Part shown: positions 10,476-20,756 of the stretch, piece after piece
Numbering within the stretch: the stretch's first letter is position 1
Layout: each line of letters opens with the position of its first letter
Virus record (IMG/VR): IMGVR_UViG_3300032225_002228
Coordinates: 1-56,648 of that record
Strand: one strand, 5' to 3'
Length of the DNA: 56,648 nt
Source: a virus
Taxonomy: Duplodnaviria > Caudoviricetes
The notes under the pieces: generated by a model
What the model saw: the letters and a program-made list of their open reading frames with translations, nothing else
What the model was told of the DNA's origin: nothing
Databases searched by the model: none
Program-made: the position numbers and the translations under genes

Positions 10476-10500
10476 GAGTACTACCACCCACTACTATTTT
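10455..10500 (+). terminator. Hairpin/intrinsic terminator after SSB
   Basis: GGTGGTAGTA-TGAG-TACTACCACC stem followed by TATTTT. Confidence 0.55.
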
Positions 10501-10510
10501 AAGGAGAATT

Positions 10511-11056
10511 ATGCAAACTTTTATTACTCATGTTGATTTTAAAACTTCTGCAAGCCATTTAGATAACAAGCGTCTAAACAAACAATTGCTTGAGGGTCGT
10601 CAAATTCTTGATATTCTTGCTACTCGCCGCACCGTAGGAGGCTGGGTCAATCACCCCGCAGTTCTTATGTGGCATGGCTATGAGCGAGTCTTTTACAAAT
10701 ATCTTATTGCCATTAAAAATGAATGTGTTAGTCGTAATATTTCTGTTGAAAAAAATTGGCAGGCAATTGAAGAGTTAATGCATAGAGGTGAATACAACTT
10801 CAGTCCCAATGAAATCAATCCTTGGTGGCTCACTGATACAAATATGGTTCTTAGAATTACACAAACACATCGTGCAAACTTATACAAAAAAGACCCAGAG
10901 TACTATCATGATTTTGCTATTAATGCTAAGATGTACGATGATATGCGTGACAAACTAGTCTGTTGCCCCAAGTGCAATTACTGTTGGGCTAGCCATGTTG
11001 CCAAACAAAATGAAGAAAAAGAATTAAAATCTAGGCTATCCAAGCCACTGCCATAA
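10511..11056 (+). CDS. Pyrimidine-dimer DNA glycosylase/endonuclease V family protein
   Basis: MQTF...LDNKRLNKQLLE, HPAVLMWHGYE, HRANLYKKDP.YY. Confidence 0.8.
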   Translation: MQTFITHVDFKTSASHLDNKRLNKQLLEGRQILDILATRRTVGGWVNHPAVLMWHGYERVFYKYLIAIKNECVSRNISVEKNWQAIEELMHRGEYNFSPNEINPWWLTDTNMVLRITQTHRANLYKKDPEYYHDFAINAKMYDDMRDKLVCCPKCNYCWASHVAKQNEEKELKSRLSKPLP

Positions 11057-11065
11057 GGAGAAAAA

Positions 11066-11524
11066 ATGAAAAAGATTATTGTAAGTATGTTTATTGTTGC
11101 TGGAGCATTCTTTTTAACATCCCCAGCATTTGCAGATGAATCACCAGTTCCAGTTGCCTGTGCAGTTGATAGTGATGGAAATACAACTTGTGAAGATGTT
11201 CCAGTAATTGATGCTCCAACAAATGAACCAGTTATTCCTGTATGTACAGAAGATATGTCTGTATGTGAGCGTGGTGCAATAATGTATGATAAAAGTATTT
11301 CACAGATTGATATTCATGTAGAAAATATTCATCAAAACGAAACATGGTGGGATATCTTTACTGATCCAAAGCATATTGCAGCAGAACTTAGCTGGACTAT
11401 TATTCAAGATTTTGTAGTCCTATGGCTGCTATATGGGGTAGTGTTTAAAAAGTGCATTCTACCTAAACTAACAAATAGAATTCACGCTGAAATTGACAAG
11501 GAGCATGGCATCGAACATGAGTGA
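11066..11524 (+). CDS. Signal-peptide membrane protein
   Basis: N-terminal signal peptide (AFA), one C-terminal TM segment. Confidence 0.65.
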   Translation: MKKIIVSMFIVAGAFFLTSPAFADESPVPVACAVDSDGNTTCEDVPVIDAPTNEPVIPVCTEDMSVCERGAIMYDKSISQIDIHVENIHQNETWWDIFTDPKHIAAELSWTIIQDFVVLWLLYGVVFKKCILPKLTNRIHAEIDKEHGIEHE

Positions 11525-14500
11525 TTTAGTACACCTACATGTGCATTCACATTACAGCCTAATGGATGGACTTTGTTCACCTCATGAATTGATGGTGGCT
11601 GCTAGAGATTTGGGTCATACCGCCCTAGCAATCACCGATCACGGAACTTTGTCTAGTCATAGAGATATGCAAAAAGCCGGGAAAGAGTTGGGTATTAAAC
11701 CAATCCTTGGCTTAGAAGCATATATCTCTGAGACAGATAGATTTGACAAGCGTGATGTTAAAGTTCGTGATGACAATACTCAGGTTTACAACCACATTAT
11801 TTTGCTTGCAAAAAATCAAACAGGGTTAAAGAATCTTCAAACTCTATCTGAAATTGCATGGACTGAAGGTTTTTATCGCAAGCCTCGTATTGATATGGAA
11901 ATTTTGAGCGAATATGCAGAAGGTCTTATTGTTCTTTCCGGTTGTCTTAATGGTCTTATTGCAAAAGCTATTGAGCGCAAGGATATGGAAAAGGCTGAAA
12001 ACCTTGCTAAGTGGTTCAAAAACAAGTTTGGGGATGACTTTTATATTGAAGTACAGCCTCATAACCCTATTGAAATTAATAAGCCCATGCTTGACCTTGC
12101 GGATAAATTAAATATCAAGCCTGTTACCACTTCTGACTGTCATTTTGCCACTTCTAGCCAGAGGGCTTTAGAAGAAATTCTTTTGATTTTATCCACAAAG
12201 CCTAGTGTAAACCGCGAATATAATTATGAAAATACCAAGAAGATGGGGGTATTTGATAGATTGAACTCTCTCTATCCAGACCGTCCCATTAGTTTTCAAG
12301 ATATTGATGTGTATTTGCAAAATCGTACAGAGGTTGAAAAGTGGTATATAGAAAATGGAATTAATCGTACAGATATTTATGACAACTCAGTAGAAATTGC
12401 TGACAAGATTGAAGACTATGAATATTACGAAAACCTATCATTACTTCCTGTTCCTAAAAGAAGTGCAATTGTGCAACTTGAAGAAATGTGTAATGTAAAG
12501 CTTTCAGAAAAAGGATTGTCAAGCAAGATTTACAATACACGACTAATGGAAGAGCTAGAAGTAATTCGATCAAAAGATTTTGCATCTTATTTTCTTATTG
12601 TTGCAGACATGGTAAACTGGTCTAAAGAGAATGATATTTTAGTAGGACCCGGACGAGGTTCTGCTGCTGGCTCTCTTGTGTGTTACTTGTTAGGAATTAC
12701 AAATGTTGATCCGATTGAATACGATTTGCTGTTCTTTAGATTTATTAACCCAGAGCGTAACGATTTTCCAGATATTGACACAGACTTTATGGATCGTAGG
12801 CGGGGCGAAGTAAAAGAATACCTTCGCAAGAAGTTTAAGAATGTAGCATCAATTTCAACATTCCAATATTTTAAGGATAAGGGGGTGGTGCGAGATGTCG
12901 CAAGAGTATTTTCAGTACCGCTTGCTGAAGTTGATAAAGCGCTTAAAAATATTGAAAGTCTTGAGGAGTTTGAGAATAGCAAAAACACCTTGGATTTTAG
13001 AGACAAATACCCAGAGGTGCTGGAATTTGCTACGCAATTGCGTGGAAGAATTCGTGGTGTCGGTATGCATGCTGCAGGTGTTGTTGTCTCTAAAGATCCA
13101 ATCTCTGAGTATGCACCAATTGAAACACGCAATGATACAAGTGATACGGTTTCTGGTCGTATTCCTGTGGTTGCTTATGATATGGATAATTGCGCTGAAC
13201 TAGGTTTAATTAAGCTTGATGTTTTGGGTCTCAAAACACTTTCAGTTATTCATGATGCTATTGAGTCTATTGAAAAGCGTACAGGTAAAACAATTGTGTT
13301 AGACGATATCAAATTTAATGACAAAGCTATTTTTAAAGATTTAAGTGCAGGGTTTACCAAGGGTGTGTTTCAAGCTGAAGCAACTCCCTATACCAATTTG
13401 CTTGTTAAAATGGGTGTAGACAACTTTGAAGATTTAGTTGCATCAAATGCTCTTGTTCGCCCCGGAGCCATGAATACTGTAGGCAAATCATATGTTGAGC
13501 GGAAAAAGGGCAAAGAAGATATCACATTTGTTCACGAAATTATGAAGCCTTTTACTTCTAGAACATATGGGGTTATTATTTATCAAGAACAAGTCATGCA
13601 AGCCTGTGTGCATTTGGGCGGAATGTCATGGTCCGAAGCAGACAAAGTGCGTAAGATTATTGGTAAAAAGAAAGATGCAAAGGAGTTTGATGTATTCAAA
13701 GAAAAGTTTGTTTCAGGAGCTTCCACTCATATTACAAAAGAATCCGCCGAAAATCTTTGGCACGATTTTGAAGCTCACGCTGGCTATTCTTTTAATCGTA
13801 GTCACGCTGTTGCTTATTCCATGCTTAGTTATTATTCTGCTTGGCTTAAGAATTACTATCCACTTGATTTCGTATTTGCTTTACTCAAAAATGAGAAAGA
13901 TAAAGATGCAAGAACAGAATACTTACTGGAAGCAAAAAGACTTGGAATAAAGATTCTTCTGCCGCATGTCAATGAATCAGATATTGATTTTAAAATTAGT
14001 AAAAATGCTATTAGATTTGGACTGACAGATATTAAATATATTTCCGATAACATTGCTAATAAAATTATTGCAAAACGTCCATTTAATAGCTATGAGCATT
14101 TATTACAAATTTCTAAATCTAAAGGTAGTGGAATAAATTCCCGCGCTATTGAAGCATTAAATGCAATTGGCGCAGCAGCGTTTGATGATAATGCCATGAC
14201 GGGAATCGAATCTGAAAACCTTTATGAATATTTAAATGTGCCAAAATTTGATATTCGTGGCATTGTTCCTTACATTAAAGCACAAATTAATCCAATTGAA
14301 GAATTTGATGAACATGGTTGTTTTATAATTATGGCTATGGTTAAATCCATTAAAAAGGGGCAGGGTTGGGCTAGAATAGAACTTGTAGATGATACAGGAA
14401 CTATTGGAATTTTTCATTCTGAAAATACACAGATTGAATCTGGAAACATGTACATATTTTTAGTGGGCGAAAATAGAATTCACAGGTATGCTACAATTAA

Positions 14501-14789
14501 TGATGTAATAGATAAAAAAGATGATCCATTTATCAATTATTTATACACTCAAGATTATTCAGATATTAAAAACAAAAAATTAGTACTTGATTTTTCTCCT
14601 TATAAAACAAAAGCTGGGAAAATGATGGCGCATGCAATTTACGCAGATAGCGATAAATCTCTAAACAGAGTTCTTGTATTCTCAAGAAACTTCACTCTTG
14701 CGCTTGGAAAAATGAAGCCGGGAACACTATGTATTCCGGAAGTGGGAACACTTGATGATGGATCTAAATTCGTAAAGGATATAAAATGA
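11517..14789 (+). CDS. dnaE: DNA polymerase III alpha subunit (DnaE-like, family C)
   Basis: PHP HLHVHSHYSLMDG and TDHG; GRGSAAGS; PDIDTD; HAAG; YSFNRSHA. Start moved to ATG 11517. Confidence 0.96.
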   Translation: MSDLVHLHVHSHYSLMDGLCSPHELMVAARDLGHTALAITDHGTLSSHRDMQKAGKELGIKPILGLEAYISETDRFDKRDVKVRDDNTQVYNHIILLAKNQTGLKNLQTLSEIAWTEGFYRKPRIDMEILSEYAEGLIVLSGCLNGLIAKAIERKDMEKAENLAKWFKNKFGDDFYIEVQPHNPIEINKPMLDLADKLNIKPVTTSDCHFATSSQRALEEILLILSTKPSVNREYNYENTKKMGVFDRLNSLYPDRPISFQDIDVYLQNRTEVEKWYIENGINRTDIYDNSVEIADKIEDYEYYENLSLLPVPKRSAIVQLEEMCNVKLSEKGLSSKIYNTRLMEELEVIRSKDFASYFLIVADMVNWSKENDILVGPGRGSAAGSLVCYLLGITNVDPIEYDLLFFRFINPERNDFPDIDTDFMDRRRGEVKEYLRKKFKNVASISTFQYFKDKGVVRDVARVFSVPLAEVDKALKNIESLEEFENSKNTLDFRDKYPEVLEFATQLRGRIRGVGMHAAGVVVSKDPISEYAPIETRNDTSDTVSGRIPVVAYDMDNCAELGLIKLDVLGLKTLSVIHDAIESIEKRTGKTIVLDDIKFNDKAIFKDLSAGFTKGVFQAEATPYTNLLVKMGVDNFEDLVASNALVRPGAMNTVGKSYVERKKGKEDITFVHEIMKPFTSRTYGVIIYQEQVMQACVHLGGMSWSEADKVRKIIGKKKDAKEFDVFKEKFVSGASTHITKESAENLWHDFEAHAGYSFNRSHAVAYSMLSYYSAWLKNYYPLDFVFALLKNEKDKDARTEYLLEAKRLGIKILLPHVNESDIDFKISKNAIRFGLTDIKYISDNIANKIIAKRPFNSYEHLLQISKSKGSGINSRAIEALNAIGAAAFDDNAMTGIESENLYEYLNVPKFDIRGIVPYIKAQINPIEEFDEHGCFIIMAMVKSIKKGQGWARIELVDDTGTIGIFHSENTQIESGNMYIFLVGENRIHRYATINDVIDKKDDPFINYLYTQDYSDIKNKKLVLDFSPYKTKAGKMMAHAIYADSDKSLNRVLVFSRNFTLALGKMKPGTLCIPEVGTLDDGSKFVKDIK

Positions 14790-14971
14790 CAAATGAAGAA
14801 AACCTTAATGTTAATATTGAACAAATTCTTGCCGCTATCTTAAAGACGGTAAAAAAAATAAATGTAACTGTCGAAGACTTGGTTGCAGATTATGGAGATT
14901 ATAGTGTTGCAATTGATCAAGAAGAAGATGGAACTCTAACATTTAAGTTGGTGGAAAATGAATCTAGATGA
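14786..14971 (+). CDS. Hypothetical protein
   Basis: ATGA-coupled to dnaE. Confidence 0.65.
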   Translation: MTNEENLNVNIEQILAAILKTVKKINVTVEDLVADYGDYSVAIDQEEDGTLTFKLVENESR

Positions 14972-15302
14972 TATGGCATTACATATACATAAGACTTCAA
15001 CAGAAAAAGGGTTTTGGGACCCAATGAATAGAATGGATAAGCAAGATCATTTTATTTTTTATTCAAAGCAATTAGCAATGGTTCATTCAGAGGTAACCGA
15101 AGTGCTTGAGGCTTTAAGAAAAAGTAAGGGAGATATTCAGGTTGTTGAAGAACTTGCCGATATTATTATTCGGGTTCTTGACTTATATGTTGGAATGGCT
15201 AAACATGAAGCTATTGATTTAACAATTTCACTAGATGATATTCTTAGACGCAAAATTATTTTTAATGAATCTAGAGATAGATTGCATGGGGTGGCTGGAT
15301 GA
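14958..15302 (+). CDS. MazG-like nucleotide pyrophosphohydrolase
   Basis: SEVTEVLEALRK...EELADIIIR. Confidence 0.85.
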   Translation: MNLDDMALHIHKTSTEKGFWDPMNRMDKQDHFIFYSKQLAMVHSEVTEVLEALRKSKGDIQVVEELADIIIRVLDLYVGMAKHEAIDLTISLDDILRRKIIFNESRDRLHGVAG

Positions 15303-16297
15303 TTACAGAAGATGTTCTAGCTAAGCTTGATCCAAAAACTCGTAAAAGAGTTCAGATGGCAATTGAAGTTCAAATAGAAAAGCAAAGAACTCCAAGTATT
15401 GGATTGAATTTAGCTCTAAGAGGAGGTCTGGGCTTTGGTCGCCAAGTTCTTGTTTGGGGAAACAAATCAGCAGGAAAATCATCGTTTTGTTTGCAAATGA
15501 TTGCTGAGGCACAAAAGAATGGAAAAATCTGTGCTTGGATTGATGCTGAAGCATCTTATTCTTCTGAGTGGGCTGAAAAGCTTGGAGTAGATTCATCTGC
15601 GCTTATTTATTCTTCAGCAAAAACAATTAATGATATGGTTGATGTTGCGGTTCAATTAATTGATGCAGAAGTAGACATTATTGTTGTAGATTCTATTTCT
15701 GCATTGCTTCCTGCTATTTATTTTGAAAAAGATGGTAATGAATTAAAAAATCTACAAGATACCAAACAGATTGGTGCAGAAGCAAAGGATATGACGCATG
15801 CAGTTAAAATGCTTAACTACGCAAACAAAAACACACTACTTGTTCTTATCTCACAGCAAAGGAATCAGTTTGGAAGCATGCATGCTTCCCATATCCCTAC
15901 AGGTGGAATGGCAGTCAAATTCTTTTCGTCTACCGTTATTAAACTATGGTCTTCTGAGGCTGAGGCAAATGCTATTAAAAGTGGTGTTCAAGTTGGCGAC
16001 AAAATTATTGAACAGAAAGTCGGGCGACCAGTCAATTGGATTATTGATTACAACAAGCTTGGTCCCCCAAATCTTTCAGGGCAATACGACTTCTATTATC
16101 AAGGAGAATCAGTCGGAGTAGATACTGTTGGCGAAGTTTTAGATGTTGCAGAAATGATGGGTATTGTGCAAAGAGGCGGATCTTGGTACACAATTGAAGA
16201 AGAGCGTTTTCAGGGTCGTTCTAAATCAATTGAATATTTAAAAGAAAATCCAAAGATAGTTCAATCACTTAAGGAAAAAATCTATGACAAATTTTGA
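15299..16297 (+). CDS. recA: RecA-like recombinase
   Basis: Walker A GNKSAGKS, WIDAE, VVDS, TGGMAVKF, GSWY. Confidence 0.92.
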   Translation: MITEDVLAKLDPKTRKRVQMAIEVQIEKQRTPSIGLNLALRGGLGFGRQVLVWGNKSAGKSSFCLQMIAEAQKNGKICAWIDAEASYSSEWAEKLGVDSSALIYSSAKTINDMVDVAVQLIDAEVDIIVVDSISALLPAIYFEKDGNELKNLQDTKQIGAEAKDMTHAVKMLNYANKNTLLVLISQQRNQFGSMHASHIPTGGMAVKFFSSTVIKLWSSEAEANAIKSGVQVGDKIIEQKVGRPVNWIIDYNKLGPPNLSGQYDFYYQGESVGVDTVGEVLDVAEMMGIVQRGGSWYTIEEERFQGRSKSIEYLKENPKIVQSLKEKIYDKF

Positions 16298-16466
16298 GTC
16301 ATTTCTTTCTTCCAAAAAAGATTATGAATCTTTTGAAAAAGTAGAAGGAACATATGGTTGTAAGAATTGTGAAAAAAATGTTGATTTTGCTTATTTTGAT
16401 CAAAAAAATTTACAAATGTTTTGGATATGTGAAGATAATCATAAAACGCTTGTGCAGATAGGATAA
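16284..16466 (+). CDS. Small Zn-binding hypothetical protein
   Basis: CxxC...CxxxH. Confidence 0.6.
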   Translation: MTNFESFLSSKKDYESFEKVEGTYGCKNCEKNVDFAYFDQKNLQMFWICEDNHKTLVQIG

Positions 16467-16467
16467 T

Positions 16468-16773
16468 ATGTCAGAAAGATCAGAAGCAAAAAGAGATGGA
16501 GCAAAACTTCAAAAAAATTCCGGACGAGGCAAAATTCAAAAAGGCGATGCCACTTGGAAAAATTTTGTAGTTGATTACAAAGAATATGAAAGCTCCATTT
16601 CTATTAGCCCATCTATTTGGGCTAAAATATGCACAGATACATTTAAAGTAAGTAGAGACAAAAACCCTGTTTTAAAATTAATACTAGGTAGCAAAACAAA
16701 AACAAGGTTAGCGGTTATTGAATGGTCGTTGCTAGAAGAATTAATCGAATGCTGGGAGGAAAAAAATGAATGA
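16468..16773 (+). CDS. PD-(D/E)XK nuclease, Holliday-junction-resolvase-like
   Basis: E...NSGRG..KGD...VDYK. Confidence 0.65.
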   Translation: MSERSEAKRDGAKLQKNSGRGKIQKGDATWKNFVVDYKEYESSISISPSIWAKICTDTFKVSRDKNPVLKLILGSKTKTRLAVIEWSLLEELIECWEEKNE

Positions 16774-16936
16774 CTTTGATGATTGGTATCAGTTAGGAAT
16801 TGACAAAGGTTGGATTAGTCCGGGTTTTTGTTTTACTCATGATGGAGATGCCTACATGAATGAAGAAGAGGAAAAGGCTTGGGAAGATGGCGGAGACCCA
16901 TGTTGCCCAGTAGTGAAAGTGTTTGCAGTACAATGA
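16766..16936 (+). CDS. 56-aa acidic Cys/His protein (not in ORF track)
   Basis: GGAGG RBS; MNDFDDWYQLGIDKGWIS..CFTHDG...GGDPCCP; overlaps both neighbours. Confidence 0.65.
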   Translation: MNDFDDWYQLGIDKGWISPGFCFTHDGDAYMNEEEEKAWEDGGDPCCPVVKVFAVQ

Positions 16937-17256
16937 GTGATACCACTTTAGAAATTATTAGTCAGGTTACTGAATTCAATGATTTGTCTGAGTTTATGCA
17001 AGATAAAGATTTAGACAAAGCATTAGAGTTTGTGATAAAATTAGTTATGAAGCCTGATGTTCCATCGGCAAAAGCTCCGGAACTTATTATTCAATTGCAG
17101 GCTCTTAGTGCAAAGTTTTCTGTTTTAGCAAGATATTACACCACTTTTGAAAAAGGTGGCGAGGCATCAAAGAAAAAAAATGCTTACTATACAATGTCTG
17201 ATTGCTTGGATAGACTAGTCGATGCACTTAAATATTCAGCGAAATTTGGTGTTTAA
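16933..17256 (+). CDS. Hypothetical helical protein
   Basis: Start reassigned to ATG 16933 (ATGA overlap). Confidence 0.7.
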   Translation: MSDTTLEIISQVTEFNDLSEFMQDKDLDKALEFVIKLVMKPDVPSAKAPELIIQLQALSAKFSVLARYYTTFEKGGEASKKKNAYYTMSDCLDRLVDALKYSAKFGV

Positions 17257-18035
17257 TGGGAAGAAAAATTATTGGAAACTTAAAGTTTCAAAAAGCTGCA
17301 GCAGACGGCTTTGATGCAAATGAATTTGCAGCTTTGCTAGAGCAAGCTTATGAGGGAGATGGAAATCAGAGTGGATTCAAACAAAAAACAACTTTTAGCC
17401 CTAGCACTATTGGTTATGGATATGGAAACTGTGGACGGTATTGGTTTATTGCCTTTGAGGGCGCGGAATTCGAAGAGAAATTTGACGCAATGGCAAGGGC
17501 TAACATGGAAAACGGAAAATTTGCCCATGATAGGCTCCAAGCCAAAATGGAACTTACTGGCAAGGTTAAGTTTCTGGAAAAAGAAGTAAAAAGTGATGAC
17601 CCACCAATTCGTGGATTTATTGACTTAGGTCTTGACTGGGATGGCGAAGAAGTAATTGGTGAAATTAAAACTGCTAAGGAAGAAATTTATCTTCACAAGC
17701 AATCAAGCATGAAGCCTTCTCCGAACCATTTACTACAAATTCTTACATATATGAAGTTGCGCGGCTCCAAGCAAGGATTTATGTTTTATGAAAACAAAAA
17801 TGATCAAAGTTTTCTTATAATTCCTGTTAACATGAATAAAACAAATGAAGAACTAATTGATTATGTATTTGAATGGTTGCGGGAAGTAAGAAAAAATTGG
17901 GAAAATAAAACTTTGCCTAATAGACCTTTTACAAAATCTACAAGCGCATGTACATATTGTCCAGTAAAGAAAGTTTGTTGGAAAGAGTTGGGCGAAGGAG
18001 AAATTGAAATAGAAGCCCTCAAGGTGCCAAAGTGA
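17256..18035 (+). CDS. Cas4-family (RecB-like) exonuclease
   Basis: N-terminal Cys, RGFID, EIKT, QILTY, C-terminal CxxC..C. Confidence 0.85.
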   Translation: MGRKIIGNLKFQKAAADGFDANEFAALLEQAYEGDGNQSGFKQKTTFSPSTIGYGYGNCGRYWFIAFEGAEFEEKFDAMARANMENGKFAHDRLQAKMELTGKVKFLEKEVKSDDPPIRGFIDLGLDWDGEEVIGEIKTAKEEIYLHKQSSMKPSPNHLLQILTYMKLRGSKQGFMFYENKNDQSFLIIPVNMNKTNEELIDYVFEWLREVRKNWENKTLPNRPFTKSTSACTYCPVKKVCWKELGEGEIEIEALKVPK

Positions 18036-18319
18036 TTTGTGCCTACGAAGAATGCAATAATCATTTTATTCCTAAGACTCATAATCAAAAATATTGCTGT
18101 GATGAATGTTGCAGAACTGCAACTAATCTTAAAATAAAACAAAAGTATTATGATGAAAAAAATAGAAAAAACGGAACAAAAAGATATTGTTCTAATGCAA
18201 ATTGTAAACTTGAATTAAGTAGATACAATTCAGATAAAACTTGCACAACTTGTCAATTAAAAAAAGAAAAAGAAAAAACAAAATTTATGTTAAATGCGGT
18301 AAAAAATGTCATTGGCTAA
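18032..18319 (+). CDS. Cys-rich Zn-finger protein
   Basis: CxxxxC...KYCCDEC, CxxxxC, CxxC. Confidence 0.65.
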   Translation: MICAYEECNNHFIPKTHNQKYCCDECCRTATNLKIKQKYYDEKNRKNGTKRYCSNANCKLELSRYNSDKTCTTCQLKKEKEKTKFMLNAVKNVIG

Positions 18320-18875
18320 ACTTGCAAGCAAAAAAGGCAACAGAATTCTTGGCGTAGATGCAAGTACAAATTCTATTGCTTTTTGCATAATAGACAAAAA
18401 GAAAGTTGTTAAGTATGGAGAAGTGGTATTTGCTGGCGGCAATATCTATGATCGCGTATTGGATGCTAAAAACAAAGTAGCAGCATTAAGGAAACAAGGG
18501 TTTTTTGATGTTGACTATATGGCGATTGAAGCCGCTATCATGGTACGCAGTGTCCATACTGGTATTAAGATGGCTTATGTTTTTGGAGCAATTATGGGGG
18601 AGATCTTGTCAAACAAGATTGAAGTGGTTGAAGTTCACCCCATAACATGGCAATCCTTTATTGGAAACAATAACTTTACAAAAGCTCAAAAAATACAGGT
18701 TAAAAAAGACTATCCCGGAAAATCTGAGACTTGGTATAAAGGAAAAATCCGGGAGATGCGAAAGGATATAACAAATGCATTTGCTAAAAAGCATTCTGTT
18801 ATTACTAGCTCCGATAATGTTTCTGACGCTTTTGGTATCGCTTGGTATGCTGCTAATGAAATAGTGGAGGCTTAA
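18306..18875 (+). CDS. ruvC: RuvC-like Holliday junction resolvase
   Basis: ILGVDAS, AIE, DNVSDAFGIA. Confidence 0.82.
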   Translation: MSLAKLASKKGNRILGVDASTNSIAFCIIDKKKVVKYGEVVFAGGNIYDRVLDAKNKVAALRKQGFFDVDYMAIEAAIMVRSVHTGIKMAYVFGAIMGEILSNKIEVVEVHPITWQSFIGNNNFTKAQKIQVKKDYPGKSETWYKGKIREMRKDITNAFAKKHSVITSSDNVSDAFGIAWYAANEIVEA

Positions 18876-19021
18876 TGAAATTATACGAAAATAAAAATTG
18901 GTTGTATAATAGGTATGTCGTACAACGTAAAAATATTGTTGAGATAGCAAAAGAAGCTGGCTGTAGCCATATGACTATTCAACGCGCCCTTAAACAATTT
19001 GAGCTTACTAGGAAAGGATAG
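18875..19021 (+). CDS. 48-aa HTH protein (not in ORF track)
   Basis: GGAGG RBS; WLYNRY...IVEIAKEAGCSHMTIQRAL. Confidence 0.7.
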   Translation: MKLYENKNWLYNRYVVQRKNIVEIAKEAGCSHMTIQRALKQFELTRKG

Positions 19022-19026
19022 TTTTT

Positions 19027-19590
19027 ATGTCTGTTTCTGTTTCAGGAAAATACAGTTATGGTTGGCAAGAACTTAATATTTTTTATAAAAAACATTCTCA
19101 TGTTAAAATTGGAAATTTTTGTAGTATTGCTCAAAATGTTACTATTTTTTTAGATTCTGGACATACATATAAAGACTGGTTAACCTCGTACCCCTTTAAA
19201 AGTTTAAATCAGGATGTTTTTAATAATTTTGCAGAAATCCCATTTCCAGAAGAGCTTAATAAAAATAAAGATGTTAATATTGGAAATGATGTTTGGATTG
19301 GACAAAATGTTATAATAATGGGTGGTGTAACAATTGGAGATGGATCTATTGTTGCTGCAAATTCTCATGTTGTAAAAAATGTTCCTCCATATTCTATTGT
19401 TGGAGGAAATCCTGCAAAAATAATTAATTATAGATATGACGAACAAACAATTAATAATCTTTTAAAAATTAAATGGTGGTCTTGGGAAGATGAAAAAATT
19501 AATCAGTACCTACCACTCATTTGTCAATCAAATCCTCAAAAATTAATTTTAGCTTATGAAAAGGAGAGCAATGAAAAAGATTTACTCTAA
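19027..19590 (+). CDS. CatB/Vat-like hexapeptide-repeat O-acetyltransferase
   Basis: IGNFCSIA, IGNDVWIG, VTIGDGSIVAANSHV, GGNPAK, KWW.W. Confidence 0.88.
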   Translation: MSVSVSGKYSYGWQELNIFYKKHSHVKIGNFCSIAQNVTIFLDSGHTYKDWLTSYPFKSLNQDVFNNFAEIPFPEELNKNKDVNIGNDVWIGQNVIIMGGVTIGDGSIVAANSHVVKNVPPYSIVGGNPAKIINYRYDEQTINNLLKIKWWSWEDEKINQYLPLICQSNPQKLILAYEKESNEKDLL

Positions 19591-19984
19591 ATTAAATGCA
19601 CAAAAGATACTACATCTTATTAACAGGTTTGATGAAATTGATGGAAGAACTGATGTGGCTCCAGATGACCAATTTATTCAACTTGCAACATTAAAACATG
19701 ATAAAGGAAAAACATTCAGGGCACATCAGCATATCTGGAAAGATGGAAAGACAAGCGTTATTGCACAAGAATCTTGGGTAGTAATTCAAGGCTCTGTAAA
19801 AGTATTCTTTTATGATACAGATGGAACACTAATTGACACAGATATTATAGGTCGTGGAGACTGCTCTATGACATTTGAGGGTGGTCATAATTATGAAATA
19901 CTTGAAGACAATACAGTTGTTTATGAGTATAAAACTGGTCCCTATACAGGTGTGGAGAATGATAAGGTATTTTTAAATGGCTAA
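19571..19984 (+). CDS. WbuC-like cupin
   Basis: HxH, QE, GGH, EYKTGPY; AGGAG RBS before ATG 19571. Confidence 0.7.
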   Translation: MKKIYSKLNAQKILHLINRFDEIDGRTDVAPDDQFIQLATLKHDKGKTFRAHQHIWKDGKTSVIAQESWVVIQGSVKVFFYDTDGTLIDTDIIGRGDCSMTFEGGHNYEILEDNTVVYEYKTGPYTGVENDKVFLNG

Positions 19985-20756
19985 TTACGAATGGAATGGT
20001 GCTGAAAATGAAATGGCAAAATACTTAGCATCTTGTCAAAAAGCTGCAGATAATGATATTTTCTTTGCCTCTTTTAAAAAAGACAAAGATTATTGTCATA
20101 TGTTGGAACATGTTTCTTATGAAATTGGAGAATACTTTATTGACAACATGAAAAACATTGATAGCTTGACCCCAGAAAAAATTAAAAAGTTTAAAGAAAA
20201 CGATTTTTATGGATTTGCAAATCTTCAGGAGTATAAAGAATTTGGAATGATTTCCCCATCAACCGTTAGATATGTAAAAAATACTTTAGACATTTTAAAT
20301 TTTCTCAAAAATAAAGAAGTAAATACAATTGTTGAAATTGGTGGGGGGTACGGAGGTCTATGCAAGACATTAAGTGCATTAATTAATTTTACAGAATACA
20401 CCCTAATAGATTTACCAGAAGCAAATAATTTGAGTAAAAAATATCTAAACAAATTTAATGATACTTTTGGTAAAGTGAATCAAGTTTCCTGCTTTGAGTT
20501 TGAACCTATAGATTCAATAGATTTGTTTATTAGCAACTACGCTTTTTCGGAATGTAGTTTAAAAATTCAAAAAGATTATTACGAAAAAGTTATTATTAAT
20601 GCAAAAAACTTTTACATTATTTACAATAATATTTATGAGAATAATTTAACTCATGAGGAATTTATAAAACTTGCAGAAAAAAATTTTGATATTCTTGTAG
20701 AAGAAGAAATCATTCCAAATCACAGAAATTATATTTTGTATGGCACTAAAAAATAA
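19977..20756 (+). CDS. Putative sugar O-methyltransferase (SAM-dependent)
   Basis: IVEIGGGYGG, IDLPE, ISNYAFSEC. Confidence 0.8.
   Translation: MANYEWNGAENEMAKYLASCQKAADNDIFFASFKKDKDYCHMLEHVSYEIGEYFIDNMKNIDSLTPEKIKKFKENDFYGFANLQEYKEFGMISPSTVRYVKNTLDILNFLKNKEVNTIVEIGGGYGGLCKTLSALINFTEYTLIDLPEANNLSKKYLNKFNDTFGKVNQVSCFEFEPIDSIDLFISNYAFSECSLKIQKDYYEKVIINAKNFYIIYNNIYENNLTHEEFIKLAEKNFDILVEEEIIPNHRNYILYGTKK

Noticed and set aside
16879-16932. Track start MGRWRR for the 16879 ORF
   Set aside because: Lies inside a better-supported 56-aa ORF (16766-16936); ATG 16933 gives a standard ATGA overlap
17256-18035. Cas4-like gene as sign of a CRISPR-Cas system
   Set aside because: No cas1/cas2 or array; stand-alone Cas4 nucleases are common in phage recombination modules
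19027-19590. CatB/Vat-like gene as an antibiotic-resistance gene
   Set aside because: Context in a sugar-modification island favours a sugar O- or N-acyltransferase
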